Shown here: positions 1 through 9,365 of the stretch, piece after piece | Numbering within the stretch: position 1 is the first letter of the stretch | Layout: each line of letters opens with the position of its first letter | NCBI GenBank assembly: GCA_041477815.1 | Contig: JBGOUV010000002.1 | Coordinates: forward strand, 1 to 50,440 | Direction of reading: 5' to 3' | DNA length: 50,440 bases | From: Terriglobia bacterium | GTDB taxonomy: Bacteria > Acidobacteriota > Terriglobia > Bryobacterales > JACQDG01 | Position numbers and translations under genes: made by a program | The notes under the pieces: generated by a model | What the model saw: only the letters and a program-made list of their open reading frames with translations | Told to the model about the DNA's origin: nothing | Database searches by the model: none

Positions 1-141
1 ATATCGATACACCCGGTAACCCGGCCAACTCAGAATCTTGGTGAACTCGTTGTCGCTAGGCAACTTACGAGTCTAGCCTGAACCACCCCGTCGATAAAAT
101 CCAATCAATCCGGCCACTTCCACAGATTCCTGCGCAGAGCC

Positions 142-1347
142 GCTTTTTCTGGTAGCGAAGTTGATCGGCCGCAAACTTGCTATCGTCGAACTCTTGACCT
201 GTTGTGATCAGGTGGAAGATCACCCGGGCCAACTTGTGGGCAGCTGCGGTGATTGCCTTGGGAGCGCCGAGTTTGGCTCTCATGCGGTAGAAGTCGCCGA
301 GCGCGCTTTTGCTGTGGTGAAGAGACTGAGCGGCGATTCGTAGTGCGGTAGCGGCTCGGCATTTCACCTTGCGCGTACCGACCCAAAGAACCTTGCCGCC
401 GCTGATGTCGTTGTCCGGGCACAACCCCATCCAGGAGGCGAACGCCGAAGCGCTGCGGAACCTCGTGAAGTCGGGGCCGACCTCTCCGAACAAAGTCTGG
501 GCGATGCCAACGCGAATGCCGGGGATCTTGGTCAGATCGATTCCAAACACGCGCCTCAGTTCGATCCCCAAGCCTCCCTCCGTGGCGGATTTCTTGCTCT
601 GGCCTTTCTGGTGGTCGCTCACGGAAGCGTCTGGCTGGCGGGGCGGTTTGAACTCCTCCAGGAACCGGCGAATCTCGCGATCGCATTCCTCGATGAGCTT
701 CTGGTAGCTGCGATAGACGCCCAGGGATTGTCGCAATGTGAAGATATGCTCGGGCCGGTAGTCGCCCACCAGCGATTTGGCGATGAGCTCTTCGCTGGCC
801 TTGATTCGGTCGTTGCGCAGTTTGGCCAGAACAAACGGATCACGCTCCCCAGCCAGGATCGCATCGACGATGGCCAGTCCGGTCTGACCGGTGATATCGC
901 TGATCACGTGATGCAGTTGCAAATTCATCTGATCCAGCGCTTTCTGCATGTGGTGGACGTGGGTAGCCGCCATCTGTACCAAGCTCTCCCGATGCCGCAG
1001 CAGCGACCGCACAGCACAGACTTCCTGCTCCGGCCGGTACGAGGCCCGCAGTAACCCCACCGAGTGCAAGAACTGCAACCACTGACAATCGGATACGTCG
1101 GTGCGACGCCCGGGCACATTCTTCACATGGCGCGTTGACCAGGCATACTTCCAACCCGCGGTCTTCCAAGATCTGGAACAGCGGAATCCAGTACACGCCG
1201 GTGGATTCCATCGCCACTGTCTTTATCCCGCACTGCTCCAGCCAATCGGCCAACGCGTACAGGTCTTGTGTGAACGTCGGGAAGCCACGCACGTTCTCTG
1301 CGGCTCGGATCTGCGGGCACGGCAACGAAAATCTCCGTCGCTCCGAT
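142..1347 (-). pseudogene. IS110-family (DEDD) recombinase/transposase body, frameshifted, with detached N-terminus
   Basis: Pieces across frames read IGATEIFVAVPAD..ENVRGFPTFTQDL..VAMESTGVYW..CLVNA/HVKNVPGRRTDVSDCQW..SASAFASWMGLCPDNDISGGK..AAAHKLAR. Frameshifts near 1308 and 1130. C-terminus degrades after RYQKKR (~142). Confidence 0.92.
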
Positions 1348-1701
1348 AGCTAGCCCGGCGACTTCCTGCGGAAGTCATTGCAGGCAAGGAACGGACGCAG
1401 GTAATGATCCTGTCTGCCGCAGACGGCGGCAGCTAAGACCGGCCGAGCAATGGAGCTATCAAGCCCGGTAGCTAGCCTGGTTCCGAGTCTCGTGCTCAAT
1501 GCAGTGGTGACGCTTGTGGGCCTGCTGTATGAGCTCGCGGCGATCCCGATTAGGAGAGTGCCCGTTTTTGCGCGACTCGGGCCGTCGTCTGTCGGCAGAA
1601 GGAGACTGCGATGGCGAGGAAGCGCAAGGCTAAGAAGGAGACCAAGGCCAACAACTCGATGTTGCCGGTGATGCGGCCAGATGCGGCTGGAATCGATAGC
1701 T
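1348..1701 (+). mobile_element. Inverted IS110 left end (~260-bp noncoding) plus first 29 codons (1611-1697, MARKRK...DAAGID)
   Basis: AGGAG RBS precedes ATG 1611. DAAGID on + joins IGATEIFVAV on - to give the canonical GIDIG start. CGATAGCTA occurs at both junctions (1344-1352, 1694-1702). Confidence 0.85.
1352..1600 (+). ncRNA. Candidate IS110 bridge-RNA region
   Basis: Long noncoding end upstream of an IS110 ORF. Hairpins such as GACTTCC-tgc-GGAAGTC (1360-1376). AGCTA copies at 1431, 1454 and 1470. Confidence 0.45.
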
Positions 1702-1710
1702 ATTTACAAG

Positions 1711-1734
1711 ACGATCATCTAAACGATCATCTAA
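1711..1734. repeat. 12-bp tandem duplication ACGATCATCTAA x2
   Basis: Read directly; overlaps the adk stop codon. Confidence 0.9.
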
Positions 1735-2339
1735 TGGTCCAGGACCCGCTGGATCTCCTGCCAGACCAATGGTGGCTTTGGCGTGCCGTCCACCTTCTTT
1801 TGATTCCTGGTATACCGCTCCAGGACCAGCTTCTCCTCCGCACGGTACTGCTCCAGCCGCCGGCGCGACAACTCCGGGGTGTCGTCCACGCGGCCGCGGG
1901 TGCTCATGCGTTCCAGGGCCACGGCGTCGGGGACCTCCAGCAGCAGAACCAGCGGATCGGGGAGGCCCCGCTCCTTCAGTTGCGCTTCCAGGTACTCGGC
2001 CTGCTTGGCGGTTTGGGGATAGCCGTCTAGCAGGAAGCCCTGGCGGGCGTCCTTTTGCGTGATGCGCTGTTGGAGGAGCTGGTTGGCTACTTCGTCATTG
2101 ACCATCTCACCCGAGGCCAGCGGGACCTTCAGCGAACGGTTGAAATTGACCTTACCACCGGCCTTTTTGAGGATTTCGGCCATCGAAATCGCCGGAATGC
2201 GGTACTTACGACTGAGGTTTTTGGCCTGCGTGGTCTTGCCGGCACCCGGGGGGCCGAGCAGAAGTATCACGGTCTGGCCGGGGACCGCCGTCCCCGCCAG
2301 GAGGAGCAGGAGCGCTGCCGTCAGGCTGGGGAGGCGCAT
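1731..2339 (-). CDS. adk: Adenylate kinase family protein (short LID) with N-terminal signal peptide
   Basis: GPPGAGKTTQA P-loop, GFLLDGYP, RGRVDD. N-terminus MRLPSLTAALLLLLAGTAVPG. Confidence 0.9.
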   Translation of the reverse strand: MRLPSLTAALLLLLAGTAVPGQTVILLLGPPGAGKTTQAKNLSRKYRIPAISMAEILKKAGGKVNFNRSLKVPLASGEMVNDEVANQLLQQRITQKDARQGFLLDGYPQTAKQAEYLEAQLKERGLPDPLVLLLEVPDAVALERMSTRGRVDDTPELSRRRLEQYRAEEKLVLERYTRNQKKVDGTPKPPLVWQEIQRVLDH

Positions 2340-2413
2340 AGATCCTCATGGTAACCTAAGTTCTGGGTAAACAAAACGGAGGGTTCGAGCGTCTAATAAG
2401 AACGGACCGGGCT

Positions 2414-3475
2414 ATGGGATCGCGGACATGGGTGTGTGTTGGGCTGTCGGCGTGGTTGGCAGCGGGGATGGGGTGTCAGCGGGCTGCGCCCGTGGAAGCG
2501 GCGAAAGGCGTTGAAAACAAACCAGCTCCTGCGGTTCCGGTGACTCCGGCGTTGGTCTTGAAGAAGGGACAGGTGCGGGCCACCGGGACCATCCAGGCCG
2601 TCCGGGCCTACACGGTGCAGGTGCCCCAGATTGCGGGGTTGCCGCAGGGACCGCAAAGCCGCGTAACGCTGGTGAAGCTGGCGCCGAACGGGACCCGGGT
2701 CCAGGCGGGGGATGTTCTGGCCGAGTTCGACCGGACTACGCAACTGGATGCAGGCCGGGAGGCGCAGGCCAAGCACGAGGACTTGTCCCACCAGGTGCGG
2801 CAGAAGGCGGCCCAGAACCAGAGCGACCAGGAGAAGCGGGCGGTGGAGCTGAAAGAGGCCGAGGCGGAGCTGGCCCGGGCGCAAATTCAGTTGCGCAAGG
2901 GTCCGATTCTGAGCGAGATCGACCGGCTGAAAAACGAAGAGCGGTCGCGGGGCGCCCAGGCGCGGGTGAGGAGCCTGAAGATCATCGATGAACACCGGCG
3001 GAAGGCCGAGGCGGCGGCGTTGCGGATCCTGGAGCTGCAGGCGGAGCGTCAGAAGGTGGCGCTGGACCGGGCGCAGAGGAACCTGGAGAAGCTGGTGTTG
3101 AAGGCGACCATCGTGGGGATGGTGGCGCTTGAAAACATCTGGCGCGGGGGATCGATGGGGAACGCGCAGGAGGGCGACCAGTTGTGGCCGGGCCAGCCGC
3201 TGCTGAAGATTTTCGATCCGTCGGAGATGCTGGTGCAGACCAGGGTCGGCGAGCCGGACGGGGCGGTGCTGAAAGAGGGCGCCCTGGCCACCGTGTACCT
3301 GGATGCGTACCCCGACGCGGTGTTCCGGGCGAAGTTCGAGGCAGCGAGTCCGGTGGCGACGGCGGCCATGGGGAGCCCGATCAAGAACTTCACGGCACGA
3401 TTCCGGTTGGAACAGACCGATCCGCGGCTGCTGCCGGATCTGTCGGCGGCGGTGGTGATCGGGGGTGAACAGTGA
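2414..3475 (+). CDS. Efflux periplasmic adaptor (HlyD/MacA-like) 1, probable lipoprotein
   Basis: LAAGMGC lipobox-like signal, lipoyl halves flanking a coiled coil, RLLPDLSA end motif. Confidence 0.85.
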   Translation: MGSRTWVCVGLSAWLAAGMGCQRAAPVEAAKGVENKPAPAVPVTPALVLKKGQVRATGTIQAVRAYTVQVPQIAGLPQGPQSRVTLVKLAPNGTRVQAGDVLAEFDRTTQLDAGREAQAKHEDLSHQVRQKAAQNQSDQEKRAVELKEAEAELARAQIQLRKGPILSEIDRLKNEERSRGAQARVRSLKIIDEHRRKAEAAALRILELQAERQKVALDRAQRNLEKLVLKATIVGMVALENIWRGGSMGNAQEGDQLWPGQPLLKIFDPSEMLVQTRVGEPDGAVLKEGALATVYLDAYPDAVFRAKFEAASPVATAAMGSPIKNFTARFRLEQTDPRLLPDLSAAVVIGGEQ

Positions 3476-4713
3476 GGCGCTGGGTCCGGCGGGCCGGCGT
3501 GATGGTGGTGGTGTTGGGCGCCCTGGGGGCGGCGGGGTTCGCTGCCTGGAGGATGCGGAAGGCGCAGGCGGCGGAGTCGCTGCCGACGGCGCCGGCCCGC
3601 AAGGGGGACTTCCTGGTGATCGTGCGCTGCCGGGGCGAGTTGAAGGCCCGGCGCAGCGTCCAGGTCACGGCGCCGGTGAATGTGCCCGAGCTGCGGATCG
3701 TGTGGCTGGCGGCGTCGGGGACGATGGTCAAGGAAAACGAGTCTATCATCAAGTTCGATCCCTCCAGCGTCAAGCAGCAGTTGAAGGAGAAAGAGGCGGC
3801 CTTGAAACAGGCGCAGGCGGCCCTGGACCAGGCCATCGCGCAAGGGCGGCTGGCCGGCGAGCAGGACAAGCTGGAGCTGGCCGACGCCCGCTACCGGACC
3901 GAGCGCGCCAAGCTGGAGGTGTCCAAGGCGGAGATCGTATCGGCGCTCCAGGCCGAGGAGAGCAAGATCGAGCTGGGCCTGGCGGAACAGAAAATGGGCT
4001 TGGAGCAGGCCAAGGGGAAGCTGAACGATACCTCCAACGAGGCGAAGGTCGCGTCACTGCGGCGGGCCCGCGACAAAGCCAAGGATGAGTTGGAGCTGAC
4101 CGAATACCGGCTGTCGCAGATGGAGCTGGAAGCGCCCATCACCGGGTTGATCAACTACCTGCCGAACAATTCGCAGGGCTGGATCAACGCCAAGCCGTTC
4201 AAGGTGGGCGACCAGGTGTGGCCGGGAGCCGCGGTGGCCGAGGTTCCGGACCTGGAGACCCTGGAGATGGAAGGAAAGGTCGAGGAGATCGACCGGGGAA
4301 AGATCGCCGTGGAGCAGCAGGTGCGGATCCGCATCGATGCGCTGCCGGAAACGACGTTCCCCGCGAAACTGGAGCAGCTCTCTCCGATGACCGTCATGGG
4401 CTGGGATTGGCCGCCCACCCGGACGTTCCGGGGGTTCGCCAAGCTGGAAAAGATCGACCCGCGGCTGCGGCCGGGGATGAATGGGGCCATGGACGTGGTC
4501 GTGAACAAGATCCCTAATGCCATCAGCGTGCCGGTGAAAGCGCTGTTCACGCTGGGCGGGAGGCCGGTGGTGTACGTGGCCGAGAAGGATGGCTACCGGT
4601 CCGTGCAGGTGGATGTGCTGGCGCGGAATCCGGATGAGGCGGCGGTCCAGGGCATTCCGGGCGGCGTGAACCTGGCCCTGGTGGAGCCGGATAAAAAGGA
4701 TCTGAAGCGATGA
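3472..4713 (+). CDS. Efflux periplasmic adaptor 2
   Basis: N-terminal TM, coiled coil, KVGDQVWPG, LRPGMNG. GTGA overlap with the previous gene. Confidence 0.88.
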   Translation: MRRWVRRAGVMVVVLGALGAAGFAAWRMRKAQAAESLPTAPARKGDFLVIVRCRGELKARRSVQVTAPVNVPELRIVWLAASGTMVKENESIIKFDPSSVKQQLKEKEAALKQAQAALDQAIAQGRLAGEQDKLELADARYRTERAKLEVSKAEIVSALQAEESKIELGLAEQKMGLEQAKGKLNDTSNEAKVASLRRARDKAKDELELTEYRLSQMELEAPITGLINYLPNNSQGWINAKPFKVGDQVWPGAAVAEVPDLETLEMEGKVEEIDRGKIAVEQQVRIRIDALPETTFPAKLEQLSPMTVMGWDWPPTRTFRGFAKLEKIDPRLRPGMNGAMDVVVNKIPNAISVPVKALFTLGGRPVVYVAEKDGYRSVQVDVLARNPDEAAVQGIPGGVNLALVEPDKKDLKR

Positions 4714-5990
4714 AAAGGTGGATCGCGATTCCGGTGGGGCTGGGGACGCTGGCGCTGGCGGGTTGGGGAGGCTTCCGCGCGTATAAGGGAGCGAAGCCCG
4801 CGGAAGCGCCGGCGTCGGCCATTCCGATGACCCCGGTGCGGCGGGGCGATGTGACCTTTACGGTGGTGGCAAAGGGCGAGCTGGCGGGCGGCAATTCGGA
4901 GATGATGTACGCCCCGATGGTGGGGGGAGGAGCCCTGGCCATCACAGAGATGAAGGAGTCCGGGGATCTGGTGAACGAAAAGGAAGTGGTGGTGCAGTTC
5001 GACACCACCGAGCAGGAGTTCAAGCTGAAGGAAGCCGAGGCGGATCTGGCGGAGGCGGAGCAGCAGGTGACGCAGGCCGAGGCGGAGAGTAAGGCCCTGG
5101 AAGAAGAGGCGCAGTATGCGCTGCTGAAGTCGCGGTCGGAGCTGCAGATCGCCGAGCTGGAGACGCGCCGGAACGAGCTGCTGCCGGCGATCGTGGCCAG
5201 CCAGAATAATCTGGCGGTGGAAGCGGCCCGGGACAAGATGCAAAAGCTGGAGAAAGACCTGGGGGAGCGGCTGCAAACGGCCAAGGCGGGGATCGCGATC
5301 CAGCAGGCGGGGCGGGCGAAGGCCAAGGTGGCGGCGGACACGGCGCGGCGGAACATCGATTTGATGACCCTGAAAACGAAGTCGGGCGGATACGTGGCCC
5401 GGCAGGCGAACATGGAAGGGAACTGGCGGTGGGGATCGTACATGCCGTCGCTGCAGGTGGGCGACATGGTGCGGGCCGGCATGGCCGTGGCCCAGATCCC
5501 GGATCTGAAGAACTGGGAGGCTACGGCGCGGATCGGGGAGCTGGACCGCGGCCATTTGTCGCCCGGTCAGCAGGCCACCCTGCTCGTCATCGCGCTGCCG
5601 GACAAGAAGTTCAAGGCCAAGCTGAAGAGCATGGGCGGGACCACCGGACCGCCTTGGGATCGCTACTTCGAGTCGCGCTTCACGCTCGACGATCCGACCC
5701 CGGAGCTGCGACCGGGCATGAGCGCCCGGCTGCTGATTACCACCGGCGAGATGAAGAACGTGCTGTGGCTGCCGTCGCAGGCGTTGTTCGAAAGCGACGG
5801 CCGCAGGTTTGTGTACGTGCAGTCGGGGGAGAGCTTCACGCCGGCCGACGTGAAGCTGGTGCGGCGCAGCGAGAGCCAGGTGGTGATCGAAGGACTGCCG
5901 GAGGGGCGGGTGGTGGCGCTGGCGAATCCGGACATGATGAAGAAGACCAAACAGCGCGTGGGGGGAGCGCTCGAGGCCATCAAAAAATGA
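4710..5990 (+). CDS. Efflux periplasmic adaptor 3
   Basis: N-terminal TM, VRRGDV, QVGDMV, LRPGMSA. ATGA overlap. Confidence 0.88.
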   Translation: MKRWIAIPVGLGTLALAGWGGFRAYKGAKPAEAPASAIPMTPVRRGDVTFTVVAKGELAGGNSEMMYAPMVGGGALAITEMKESGDLVNEKEVVVQFDTTEQEFKLKEAEADLAEAEQQVTQAEAESKALEEEAQYALLKSRSELQIAELETRRNELLPAIVASQNNLAVEAARDKMQKLEKDLGERLQTAKAGIAIQQAGRAKAKVAADTARRNIDLMTLKTKSGGYVARQANMEGNWRWGSYMPSLQVGDMVRAGMAVAQIPDLKNWEATARIGELDRGHLSPGQQATLLVIALPDKKFKAKLKSMGGTTGPPWDRYFESRFTLDDPTPELRPGMSARLLITTGEMKNVLWLPSQALFESDGRRFVYVQSGESFTPADVKLVRRSESQVVIEGLPEGRVVALANPDMMKKTKQRVGGALEAIKK

Positions 5991-7228
5991 TCCTCTCGGA
6001 TGTGCTGCTGGCGGCGCAGAACCTGCAGGCACAGAAGACCCGAACGTTTCTGACCATGCTGGGGATTGTGTTCGGGGTGGGGTCTGTGATCGGGATGCTG
6101 GCGATCGGCGCCGGGGCGCAGGAAGAGTCGCTGAGTTTCATCGAGCAGTTGGGGGTGAGGAACGTCCTGGTGGAATCGCGTCCGGCGGCGAACCAGGAGG
6201 AGTTGCAGCAACGGCGGCGGTCGTCCCAGGGGCTGAGCGAGCGCGACGTCCGGATTCTGGAGGCGAATATCCAGTCGCTGGAGGTTCTGACGCCCCGGCG
6301 GACGCTGCGGCCGGCGCGGGTGCTGCCCAAGCCGGCGCGGGAGATGCCGGACCTCTACGGCGTTCGGCCCGCCTATGCGACCATCCACAACCTGCGGCTG
6401 GTGGAGGGGAGCTTCTTCCAGGAGAAGCACGAGACGTCGAGCGCGCCGATGTGCGTGCTGGGGCAGGGGGCGAAGGTCGATATCTTGGGATACGGGGCGG
6501 CGGTAGGCAAGTTCGTCAAGGTCAACGACACCTGGCTGGAAGTGGTGGGGGTGCTGGGAGAATCCATCCAGGCCGCGGGGCAGAGCTAGGGCGGGCGGAT
6601 GCGGGATTTGAATAATACCATCTACGTGCCGTTCAATACCTTCCAGTACCGGTTCTGGGACATGACCAGTTTCTTGAAGGACGACCTGGACGGGATCGAC
6701 ATGCGGCTGAAGCTGGGCGCCGACTCGATCGACGTGTCCAAGGTAGTGACCGCCATCCTGAACTCGACCCACAACAACACGCAGGACTTTACCGTGACGA
6801 TCCCGGCGGCGCTGCTGGCGCAACAGCAGCGTACCCAAACCATCTTCACCTACGTGATGGTGGCCATCGCGGCCATTTCGCTGCTGGTGGGCGGCATCGG
6901 CATTATGAATATTGTTCTGGCCACGGTGCTGGAGAGGACCCGCGAGATCGGCGTCCGGCGGGCGACCGGAGCGCGGCGGGCCGACATTATGAAGCAGTTC
7001 TTAACCGAGTCGGTGCTGATCTCGATGGCGGGCGGCGTGCTGGGGGTGGCGTTTGGGTTCGTTTTGGCGTGGCTGATCTCGACCACGGCGGAGTGGAAGA
7101 CGATCGTGACTACGGCGTCGGTGGTGATTGCGTTCGGTGTGAGCGTGGCGGTGGGGGTGGTGTTCGGGATCTATCCGGCGATGAAGGCCTCGCGGATCAA
7201 CCCGATTGAGGCGCTGCGGTACGAATGA
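5987..7228 (+). pseudogene. MacB/FtsX-family ABC permease interrupted by an in-frame TAG at 6587-6589 (nonsense mutation or sequence error)
   Basis: RTFLTMLGIVFGVGSV, LLVGGIGIMNIVLATVLERTREIG, PIEALRYE. Both halves are in the same frame. Confidence 0.88.
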
Positions 7229-7231
7229 GGC

Positions 7232-7278
7232 GGGTGTTGGGTGGTGGGTGTTGGGTGGTGGGTGTTGGGTCTTGGGGG
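7232..7278. repeat. Six G-rich heptamers GGGT(G/C)(T/G)T plus GGGGG
   Basis: gggtgtt gggtggt gggtgtt gggtggt gggtgtt gggtctt ggggg. Confidence 0.9.
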
Positions 7279-7279
7279 C

Positions 7280-7540
7280 CGGTCAGATCTCCGCGCGCGG
7301 CCATCAGATAGAGCCGAAACCAAGAGACCATCCTTAACCCTGCCGCCTGCCGGTCGCGCAAGACATAGCCGGTGGATGCGGGTGGCAGAGGGGGCCTGGG
7401 TCGCCAGAATTCCTACCATCGCATGCGGCCGTTCCCTGAGATACAACTCACTGGAAAGGACAACCGCCGGTCGAACCTTAGCAATTCTGGCGCCCGGAAG
7501 CAGCCCGATTACCACATCGCTCTCACGGCTCGCCGCGATG
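7280..7540 (-). pseudogene. PemK/MazF-family toxin remnant
   Basis: DVVIGLLPGARIAKVRPAVVLSS, then a frameshift into GYVLRDRQAAGLRMVSWFRLYL; truncated. Confidence 0.7.
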
Positions 7541-7737
7541 ATCGTGATCAAACCGCTCCAGAGCGGCTTGACTGTATTCTCGAAGGTCGTCCTCCGACCA
7601 GGCATCCGACCAGTCGATCCGAACATTCCCCGGCAGGGCCGCCAGGCGCAGAGCCAATTCGGCTAACCGCTCTCTGGCCTTCACCGGAGCCTGCGAAAGG
7701 CTTCGAGAAGGTCCTGTTCTTCCTGGGTACTCTGCAT
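7523..7737 (-). pseudogene. Putative antitoxin, frameshifted
   Basis: MQSTQEEQDLLEAFRRL, shift near 7685, then VKARERLAEL..DWSDAWSEDDLREY. Overlaps the toxin start. TATAAT lies 9 nt upstream. Confidence 0.55.
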
Positions 7738-7866
7738 ACAACGATCATTATAGAACACCTGGAACACCAACCGCCCCGCTCGCTTCTCGGCTCCCCCCCA
7801 ACATGCAGGCTGGTACGGCTCCACCGCGGCCTTCGGGAAGGCAGGGATTGACCTGGCTTACTTCCC

Positions 7867-9237
7867 TTACTCGATTCGCGGGAAGGCGCCGGGCGTGGAT
7901 CTTCTCGTGACTTGGCTCCTCATCGCCTGGTAGTCCCGGCGAATCTCCTCCGGAAAGCCCGCCATCAGGCGTTGGAGGCGAGCCTGTATCTCGGACACCA
8001 CCTTAGGGTGTTCGCGCGCGACGTCGTAGCTCTCATCTGGATCTATCTCCAAGTCATACAATTCGGGCTCGTTCAGGGGCAGGTTGTGACGGCCGCCCGG
8101 CGGAGGCGGGCTGTAGGGGGCGGAGTCGTAACGGGCGACGTGCAGTTTCCACCGGCTCCAGCGGGCGCACTGGAGGTGAATGTCGTCGAAGTAGAGCAGC
8201 GCCTCACGATCGAGGGACGGCTTCGCCCCAGAGAGCAAAGGCCAGATGTCGATCCCGTCCAGCGGTTTAGCGGGAAGCGGGGCGTCCGCCAGTCTGGCGA
8301 TGGTGGGGAGGAGGTCCATCGTGGAGGCGACGCCGGCGGAAACCTTTCCCCTGGGAATCCTCCCGGGAAATCGCGCCAGGAAGGGCTCGCGGACTCCGCC
8401 TTCGAGGGTCGAACCCTTGCGGCCGCGCAGCCGTCCCGGACTTCCCTGGAACCAAGGACCGTTGTCGCTCGAAAACAACGCCAGCGTGTTATCGGCAACG
8501 CCGGTTTCCTGGAGGGCCGACAATACCTGGCCCACGCTCCAGTCCAGCTCGGCCACCACGTCGGCATAGAGCCCCAGGCCGGTCTGGCCACGGAAGCGAT
8601 CCGAGGCCGCCAGCGGAATGTGGGGATAGGTGTGGGGCATATACAGGAAGAACGGCGACCCTTTCGATTTCCGGATGAAATCCACGGCCCGCTCGGTGTA
8701 ACGCGGCGTCAGCGTTTCCAGGGTAGCGGTCTGCTCCACTGTCTCAGTATTATGAAGCAGCACGCGGGGGATCATGTCGTTGCTGTAAGGAATCCCGAAG
8801 TACTCGTCAAAGCCGCGGCTGGTCGGCAGGTAAGGCGGCAGGTGGCCCAGATGCCATTTGCCCACGCACATCGTGCGGTAACCCACCCCTTGGAGCATCT
8901 GCGCCATGGTGGTTTCCGAATCCGGCAGGCCGGTGGCGTCCTTGGGAAACAACACCCGGGGGACGCCCACACGGGTGGGGTACCGGCCGGTCAGCAGCGC
9001 CGCCCGCGACGGCGAGCAGACCGGATTCGCGGAATAGAACTGCGTAAACCGGATTCCTTCCGAGGCCATGCGATCCAGGTGGGGCGTGCGCAACTGGGAG
9101 CCGTAACAGCCGAGGTCGCCGTAGCCCAGGTCATCGGCGTAGATGAGAACGATGTTCGGACGCACCGCCGCCGCGCAAAAAGGGGCGCTGCCTGCCGCTC
9201 CGGCCATGGTCTGGAGGAATCTTCGCCGCGTGCTCAT
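7867..9237 (-). CDS. Arylsulfatase A-like formylglycine sulfatase with Tat signal
   Basis: TRRRFL, ADDLGYGD, CSPSRAALLTGR, GKWHLG, SDNG. Confidence 0.95.
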   Translation of the reverse strand: MSTRRRFLQTMAGAAGSAPFCAAAVRPNIVLIYADDLGYGDLGCYGSQLRTPHLDRMASEGIRFTQFYSANPVCSPSRAALLTGRYPTRVGVPRVLFPKDATGLPDSETTMAQMLQGVGYRTMCVGKWHLGHLPPYLPTSRGFDEYFGIPYSNDMIPRVLLHNTETVEQTATLETLTPRYTERAVDFIRKSKGSPFFLYMPHTYPHIPLAASDRFRGQTGLGLYADVVAELDWSVGQVLSALQETGVADNTLALFSSDNGPWFQGSPGRLRGRKGSTLEGGVREPFLARFPGRIPRGKVSAGVASTMDLLPTIARLADAPLPAKPLDGIDIWPLLSGAKPSLDREALLYFDDIHLQCARWSRWKLHVARYDSAPYSPPPPGGRHNLPLNEPELYDLEIDPDESYDVAREHPKVVSEIQARLQRLMAGFPEEIRRDYQAMRSQVTRRSTPGAFPRIE

Positions 9238-9282
9238 CCTCGCCTCTTCATCACAGTTTATGGTAGTCTAAAGAAGGCAAGC

Positions 9283-9360
<78 letters not shown>

Positions 9361-9365
9361 ACCTC

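Noticed and set aside
1-141. Possible gene end or IS right end at the window start
   Set aside because: Too little context; no recognisable motif or terminal sequence.
5429-5986. N-terminal extension of the permease ORF
   Set aside because: Overlaps adaptor 3 out of frame; the true start is the ATGA overlap at 5987.
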